From NCBI GenBank assembly GCA_043812495.1, contig JBDRMG010000015.1, forward strand, positions 1 through 32,473: DNA of 32,473 nt, in the 5' to 3' direction. This stretch comes from Candidatus Omnitrophota bacterium (GTDB lineage Bacteria; Omnitrophota; Gorgyraeia; Zapsychrales; JBDRMG01). Position 1 is the first letter of the stretch; each line of letters starts with the position of its first letter. The position numbers and the translations under genes are program-made. A model generated the notes under the pieces. The model searched no databases and was not told where the DNA came from. It was given only the letters and a program-made list of their open reading frames with translations. Positions 27,957-32,473 of the stretch are shown piece by piece.

Positions 27957-29336
27957 TCACTTTAGTCCTTCCTTAAATTCCGAAACCAATTCTGAAAGCG
28001 ATTGTTTGGCATCCCCGAAAAGCATGCGTGTGTTTTCAAAATAAAAAAGATCATTGGGGATACCGGCAAAACCCGTGGCCATCGAGCGCTTGAGCACAAA
28101 GACCGCCTTGGCTTTGTCGGCGTCGATGATGGGCATACCGTAGATGGGACTTTGAGGATCATTGCGGGCCGCGGGATTGACGACATCATTGGCGCCGATC
28201 ACAACGGCTACATCCATTTGGTTCATCATCGGATTAATCTGATCCATTTCAACAAGCTGATCGTAAGAAATGTTGGCTTCGGCCAAAAGAACATTCATAT
28301 GCCCGGGCATGCGGCCCGCAACAGGATGAATGGCATAACGCACATCAGTTCCGTTTTTCTCCAGCAGCTGCGCTAATTCACGAAGCACATGTTGAGCTTG
28401 CGCGGCCGCAAGACCGTATCCGGGAATAAAGACAACAGAACGAGCTGCCTCCAAGAGATAATAGGCATTCCGTGTATTGATCGGCCTGGCCTTGCCTTTT
28501 GCTTCTTGCGGATTTTGCGTGACTTGCGCGCCGAATCCGCTAAAGAGGACATTCACCAGGGAACGATTCATCGCTTTACACATAATATTCGTAAGGATGA
28601 TACCGCTTGCGCCCACTAAAGATCCCGCGACAATCAACATATTATTCATGATCACAAAACCCGTCGCGCAAGCCGCCATGCCCGAATAGCTGTTGAGAAG
28701 TGAGATAATAACCGGCATATCCGCACCCCCAATCGGAAGTACAACCAAAATACCCAAGACAAGCGCAAAGATAATAATAAAAATATAAAATGGATAAAAG
28801 ACCAAGGGATCAATGCAGTAGATAATTCCAAGGATGAGGATGATGACAAGGAGAGTAGCATTAAAAATCTTTTGATAATGAAAAAGAATCGGTCTTGAGG
28901 GAATAACGCCTTGAAGTTTACCCCAGGCCACAACGCTACCGGTAAACGTTACGCCTCCGATCAGGGTCGATAAAAGAATGGAAACAGCTTTGAAGGTGTT
29001 TGCGTCTAAACGGTAATGATAAGACGCCCAGGCGACCAAAAGACTGGCCAATCCGCCAAAGCCGTTTAAGAGAGCCACCATTTGCGGCATGGCGGTCATG
29101 GCGACATGTTGAGCGCTGAAAGCCCCCAGGACGCTTCCGATCAACAAGCCAATAATAATCCATAGGAAACTTAAACCTTTGACCAAGCACGTGGCGAGAA
29201 TAGCTATCAACATACCAAATGCCGAAAGGCGGTTGCCTCGACGGGCGCTTACAGGAGAGTTCATCATCTTAAGGCCCAAGGCAAATAAAACAGCCGCTAG
29301 GATGTACGCAAAGGAAATAATGATATTAAGATTCAC
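27957..29336 (-). CDS. pntB: NAD(P) transhydrogenase beta subunit
   Basis: MPQMVALLNGFGG, GGADMPVIISLLNSYSG, HPVAGRMPGHMNVLLAE, GANDVVNP. Confidence 0.97.
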   Translation of the reverse strand: MNLNIIISFAYILAAVLFALGLKMMNSPVSARRGNRLSAFGMLIAILATCLVKGLSFLWIIIGLLIGSVLGAFSAQHVAMTAMPQMVALLNGFGGLASLLVAWASYHYRLDANTFKAVSILLSTLIGGVTFTGSVVAWGKLQGVIPSRPILFHYQKIFNATLLVIILILGIIYCIDPLVFYPFYIFIIIFALVLGILVVLPIGGADMPVIISLLNSYSGMAACATGFVIMNNMLIVAGSLVGASGIILTNIMCKAMNRSLVNVLFSGFGAQVTQNPQEAKGKARPINTRNAYYLLEAARSVVFIPGYGLAAAQAQHVLRELAQLLEKNGTDVRYAIHPVAGRMPGHMNVLLAEANISYDQLVEMDQINPMMNQMDVAVVIGANDVVNPAARNDPQSPIYGMPIIDADKAKAVFVLKRSMATGFAGIPNDLFYFENTRMLFGDAKQSLSELVSEFKEGLK

Positions 29337-29638
29337 GTGGATTGACCTTTTGTTTTAGATTTGAAAAATGAAAGCATGCGGTCCGTAACGAGGTAACCGC
29401 CTACGACGTTGATTGTGGCAAAAATAACGGCCAAGGTTCCGAGGATCGTACAAAAAAGACTTCCGGGCGTGGCTCCGGCCGCGATAATGGCTCCGACAAC
29501 GGTAATACCTGAAATGGCATTGGAGCCCGACATAAGCGGCGTGTGCAAGGTGGAGGGGACTTTGGAAATCAGTTCAAACCCAAGAAAAATCGCTATGGCC
29601 AGAAGAAAGAAAGCATTGAGTAGAAGCTGCGTATTCAT
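29333..29638 (-). CDS. pntA: NAD(P) transhydrogenase alpha subunit, part 2 (membrane)
   Basis: VPSTLHTPLMSGSNAISG, INVVGGYLVTDRML. Confidence 0.95.
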   Translation of the reverse strand: MNTQLLLNAFFLLAIAIFLGFELISKVPSTLHTPLMSGSNAISGITVVGAIIAAGATPGSLFCTILGTLAVIFATINVVGGYLVTDRMLSFFKSKTKGQST

Positions 29639-29649
29639 AGAATACTCCT

Positions 29650-30774
29650 TTATAGTTTAAAAGCGTCGTGGATGATTTCTCCCGCGTGAGCGAGAAGACA
29701 ACTTTTGATAATTTCATTTTCCAATGGCAACTCAAAAGATTTTGTGTCTTTATTCCAAAAATACTCAATAAGGTTAGCGAGGTTATTCGTGTACATTTGA
29801 CTGGCGTGAAGGCACACAAATCCAGGTAAGTTCAAAAGTCCAATTACCTGTACATTGTTGAATTCAATTTCTTCGCCGGGCTTTGTTATTTCCACATTAC
29901 CGCCAGTTTCTGCGGACAAATCGACGATTACGCTCCCAGGTTTCATCTGTTTCAGAATATCTTTTGTGATAATTAAGGGAGCCTTTTGACCAAAAATTTG
30001 AGCCGTTGTAATGACAACATCCGATTGGGCGCATATTTTCACAATGCCTCGATGTTGTTTTTCGATTTGATCCTTTGATAGGGCCTTGGCATAACCTTCT
30101 TGAGTCTCTTGAGTTTCTCCAAGATCAATTTTTACAAAACGTGCCCCTAGAGAATGAACCTGTTCTTCGGTAGCAGGTCTTGTGTCAAAAGCCTCAACGC
30201 GCGCCCCCAGACGTCTGGCCGTAGCGATCGCTTGCAATCCGGCAACGCCGGTACCGATGACAAGAACACGCGCAGGCGCGAGCGTACCGGCCGGTGTCGT
30301 CATCATGGGAAAGATCTTATTGAGTCGTTGCGCGGCTAAAATAACAGCGACATAACCGGCCAAGTTGGCCTGCGAGCTTAAGGCGTCCATTTTCTGAGCA
30401 ATGGTTGTGCGCGGAATCATATCCATGCTGATAGAGCTAACCTTCTGCTTGGCCAATGCTTTGAGTATTTTTTGCTCTTGAAAAGGATTAAGAAAGCCAA
30501 TATAAATACATCCTTCTTTGAGAAGATTGACTTCATCCAAAGCGGGCTGGCCTACACGTAAGATGATATCCGCGCCAGAAAGAAGGGTTTCGCGTTTGGT
30601 CTGGATCAAGGCGCCGGCTTTTTTGTAATCCTCATCCTCATAACCTAAGGTTAAACCCAGGGATGACTCAATGGAAATTTTAGCGCCAAGCGCTGCAAGT
30701 CTTTTGGAAGAATCGGGCGTAAGAGCGATACGCTTTTCTTGATTGTTGAGTTCTTTGAGAGCAACAATATGCAT
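29650..30774 (-). CDS. pntA: NAD(P) transhydrogenase alpha subunit, part 1 (domain I)
   Basis: EKRIALTP, PRTTIAQKMDALSSQANLAGY, GTGVAGLQAIATA; likely start MHIVALKE at 30774 (the 30873 start is inside the repeat). Confidence 0.95.
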   Translation of the reverse strand: MHIVALKELNNQEKRIALTPDSSKRLAALGAKISIESSLGLTLGYEDEDYKKAGALIQTKRETLLSGADIILRVGQPALDEVNLLKEGCIYIGFLNPFQEQKILKALAKQKVSSISMDMIPRTTIAQKMDALSSQANLAGYVAVILAAQRLNKIFPMMTTPAGTLAPARVLVIGTGVAGLQAIATARRLGARVEAFDTRPATEEQVHSLGARFVKIDLGETQETQEGYAKALSKDQIEKQHRGIVKICAQSDVVITTAQIFGQKAPLIITKDILKQMKPGSVIVDLSAETGGNVEITKPGEEIEFNNVQVIGLLNLPGFVCLHASQMYTNNLANLIEYFWNKDTKSFELPLENEIIKSCLLAHAGEIIHDAFKL

Positions 30775-30824
30775 ATTACTCTTATAACAAAAAGGCGAGT
30801 AAACTTCAATAGATAACATCTCCA

Positions 30825-30963
30825 GGAGGCCATGACTTCTGGAGTCCACTATTGATTCAGTGGCGGACGACATAAGTCATAAGGCCGAATTGACCTCGCC
30901 CACCAAAATTGTTTAACAATTTTGGTGAGGCGGTGGATTAAGCAAATACAATTATAATATTTC
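30825..30963 (-). repeat. Scaffold-A modular leader element upstream of the pntA operon
   Basis: Same three conserved blocks as 20832-20976; cassettes are caccaaaattgt..acaattttggtg and tccgccactgaatcaatagtgga. Confidence 0.85.
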
Positions 30964-31126
30964 AACAATAATAGTTTCGCTTGTTTTCGTAAAATTTATA
31001 GGATAAAATTAGTAAGTTTATAAACTTGCAGAAGAGGAGAACTTGAGCAACCATAAACATTAATGTTCGACTTGGGAACAGATGACTGAAAAAGGCAGAG
31101 TATCTTTGTAAGCCAGAAAAGATCAA

Positions 31127-31702
31127 ATGAAATCAATAGGCCGAAAGCAAAGAGGCTTTCATGCAAAGATTTTCGTTCTTTCTATATGTTTTTTATGGAC
31201 AAGCTTAACTGCTCATCAGAGCACAGGAGAGACGATGCAAAAAGCAAGTTTTGCGGCCGGCTGTTTTTGGCATATTGAGGACGAATTTGGAAAAATCAGC
31301 GGTGTGACCGAAACATCCGTAGGCTACATGGGAGGGTCGAAGGAAGAACCAACCTACAAAGATGTTTGTTCTAACACGACCGGTCATGCCGAAACGGTCG
31401 AAGTTATTTATGATCCGAACGTCGTTTCTTATGAAGAATTGCTCGATGTATTCTGGAATATCCATGATCCCACAACCCTCAATCGGCAAGGTCCGGATGT
31501 CGGGTCTCAGTATCGTTCCGTCATTTTCTTTAACACGCCCGAACAGGAAAAGATCGCCAGGGCATCAAAGGCAAAACTTGAAAAATCGGCAAGATTTAGA
31601 GGTAAAATCGTCACACAAATAGAGCCCACAACACAATTTTACAAAGCCGAAGAATATCACCAGCAGTATTTAGAAAAACTAAAGAAACTCAAAAATCATT
31701 AG
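31127..31702 (+). CDS. msrA: Peptide-methionine (S)-S-oxide reductase
   Basis: [40 protein letters not shown]; alternative start at 31235 with an AGGAGA RBS. Confidence 0.95.
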   Translation: MKSIGRKQRGFHAKIFVLSICFLWTSLTAHQSTGETMQKASFAAGCFWHIEDEFGKISGVTETSVGYMGGSKEEPTYKDVCSNTTGHAETVEVIYDPNVVSYEELLDVFWNIHDPTTLNRQGPDVGSQYRSVIFFNTPEQEKIARASKAKLEKSARFRGKIVTQIEPTTQFYKAEEYHQQYLEKLKKLKNH

Positions 31703-31705
31703 ACA

Positions 31706-32134
31706 ATGCCTAAGAAGATACCCAAAAAGATCCTCATTATCGATGACGATCCAAACATGATTGAAACTCTGACAAAATGGCTTATTGTATCCGGACGCAA
31801 CGTCATCAGTGCGCTTAACGCCGATGCCGGTCTCAAAATGGCCCATGAAGAATTGCCCGATCTGATTCTTTCCGATTTGTTAATGCCTGGAATCGACGGT
31901 GTGCAATTGACGAAAAAACTCAAAGAATGCAATGCAACAAAAGACATTCCCATCATTTTCACGACCGTAGCCATGGGTGTCGAAATGGACAAAGGCAATG
32001 AAACGATTAATATAGACGGTTGTCTCTATCGGGTTTTCGCTAAACCCTTGCATGATCCCAAGCTCTTAAGCGAAATCCGGAAATCCATCAATCGGCGTAT
32101 CCATGGAGGAAAATCCATAGCGCCGGGAAGTTAG
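31706..32134 (+). CDS. Single-domain response regulator (atypical alpha4-beta5 region)
   Basis: IIDDD, PDLILSDLLMPGIDG, IPIIFTT, AKP. Confidence 0.85.
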   Translation: MPKKIPKKILIIDDDPNMIETLTKWLIVSGRNVISALNADAGLKMAHEELPDLILSDLLMPGIDGVQLTKKLKECNATKDIPIIFTTVAMGVEMDKGNETINIDGCLYRVFAKPLHDPKLLSEIRKSINRRIHGGKSIAPGS

Positions 32135-32135
32135 A

Positions 32136-32291
32136 AGGTCTTAGGAGGCCCAAACTTACGAATAGTTAAAGAAAGTCCGCCAGATTTCCTTTCGGAAATC
32201 TGGCGAGATCTCGCTCGCCTCGCTGAACTTCGGCGAAGCGGGCCGAAATCTTCGATTTCGGCGGAACGTAAGTTTGAGGCCGACTTAGACC
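32136..32291 (+). repeat. Scaffold-B structured element, copy 2, with an extra inserted hairpin
   Basis: Matches 4348-4465 with compensatory changes; extra hairpin at about 32213-32243. Confidence 0.85.
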
Positions 32292-32343
32292 CCCACACCA
32301 ATTTGACTGCATGGGAATATTTTGAATTAATGGCAGGACTTTG

Positions 32344-32472
32344 TTAATTTTTGAGCCGTTCTTTAAACCTTTGTGATTTAATCTTGAGGATTTCAGCCGC
32401 TTTAGGGTTCTTTGATAACAAGCAAGTAGAGTCGATGATGATAAGAGACGCGACAGCTTCTTTACATTGTCC
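32344..32472 (-). CDS. Probable 3' end of a gene entering from the right edge; product unknown
   Basis: Open frame GQCKEAVASLIIIDSTCLLSKNPKAAEILKIKSQRFKERLKN-stop on the - strand. Confidence 0.45.
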   Translation of the reverse strand, partial: GQCKEAVASLIIIDSTCLLSKNPKAAEILKIKSQRFKERLKN

Positions 32473-32473
32473 G

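Noticed and set aside
30775..30873. 33-aa N-terminal extension of PntA
   Set aside because: It starts inside scaffold A; family-like sequence begins at MHIVALKE (30774)
423..31998. Numerous antisense or overlapping ORFs of 60-137 aa in the ORF track
   Set aside because: They are shadows of well-supported genes, with no motifs or RBS evidence
1..32473. Transposase, integrase, prophage, defence system, rRNA or tRNA
   Set aside because: No ORF carries such motifs and no cloverleaf or rRNA-like segment was seen; any enzyme mobilising the palindromes must be encoded elsewhere

Overview
A bacterial chromosomal window of about 43% GC (estimated by eye), gene-dense and almost all on the + strand. 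It holds mostly housekeeping and redox/NAD(P) genes: gpmA, ilvD, a Nudix hydrolase, quinone reductase, aldo-keto reductase, SPL-like radical SAM, TrmH, Na/Pi and alanine symporters, a HAD phosphatase, NAD kinase, mutY, gltA, pncA, fumC, a split pntA/pntB and msrA. There is also a receptor-less phosphorelay/c-di-GMP set: REC-HD-GYP, Hpt-HisKA-HATPase-REC, CheY-like, CheX-like, stand-alone Hpt, V4R-GGDEF and PilZ. I saw no rRNA, tRNA, CRISPR array, transposase or prophage. The most unusual signal is non-coding. Most of the larger intergenic spacers carry nested, modular palindromes. Two conserved scaffolds (A at 20832-20976 and 30825-30963, with a reduced copy at 40-146; B at 4348-4465 and 32136-32291) show compensatory base changes and hold interchangeable CCGCCA..TGGCGG or CACC..GGTG hairpin cassettes. 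One terminator has three hairpins in its loop (2324-2493), and a ~240-nt fold-back is built from mirrored 8-mer arrays (8133-8371). The alanine symporter has a single +1 frameshift. Gene style suggests a PVC-type uncultured lineage such as Omnitrophota, but that is only an impression. All protein calls come from motif recognition; no database search was run.
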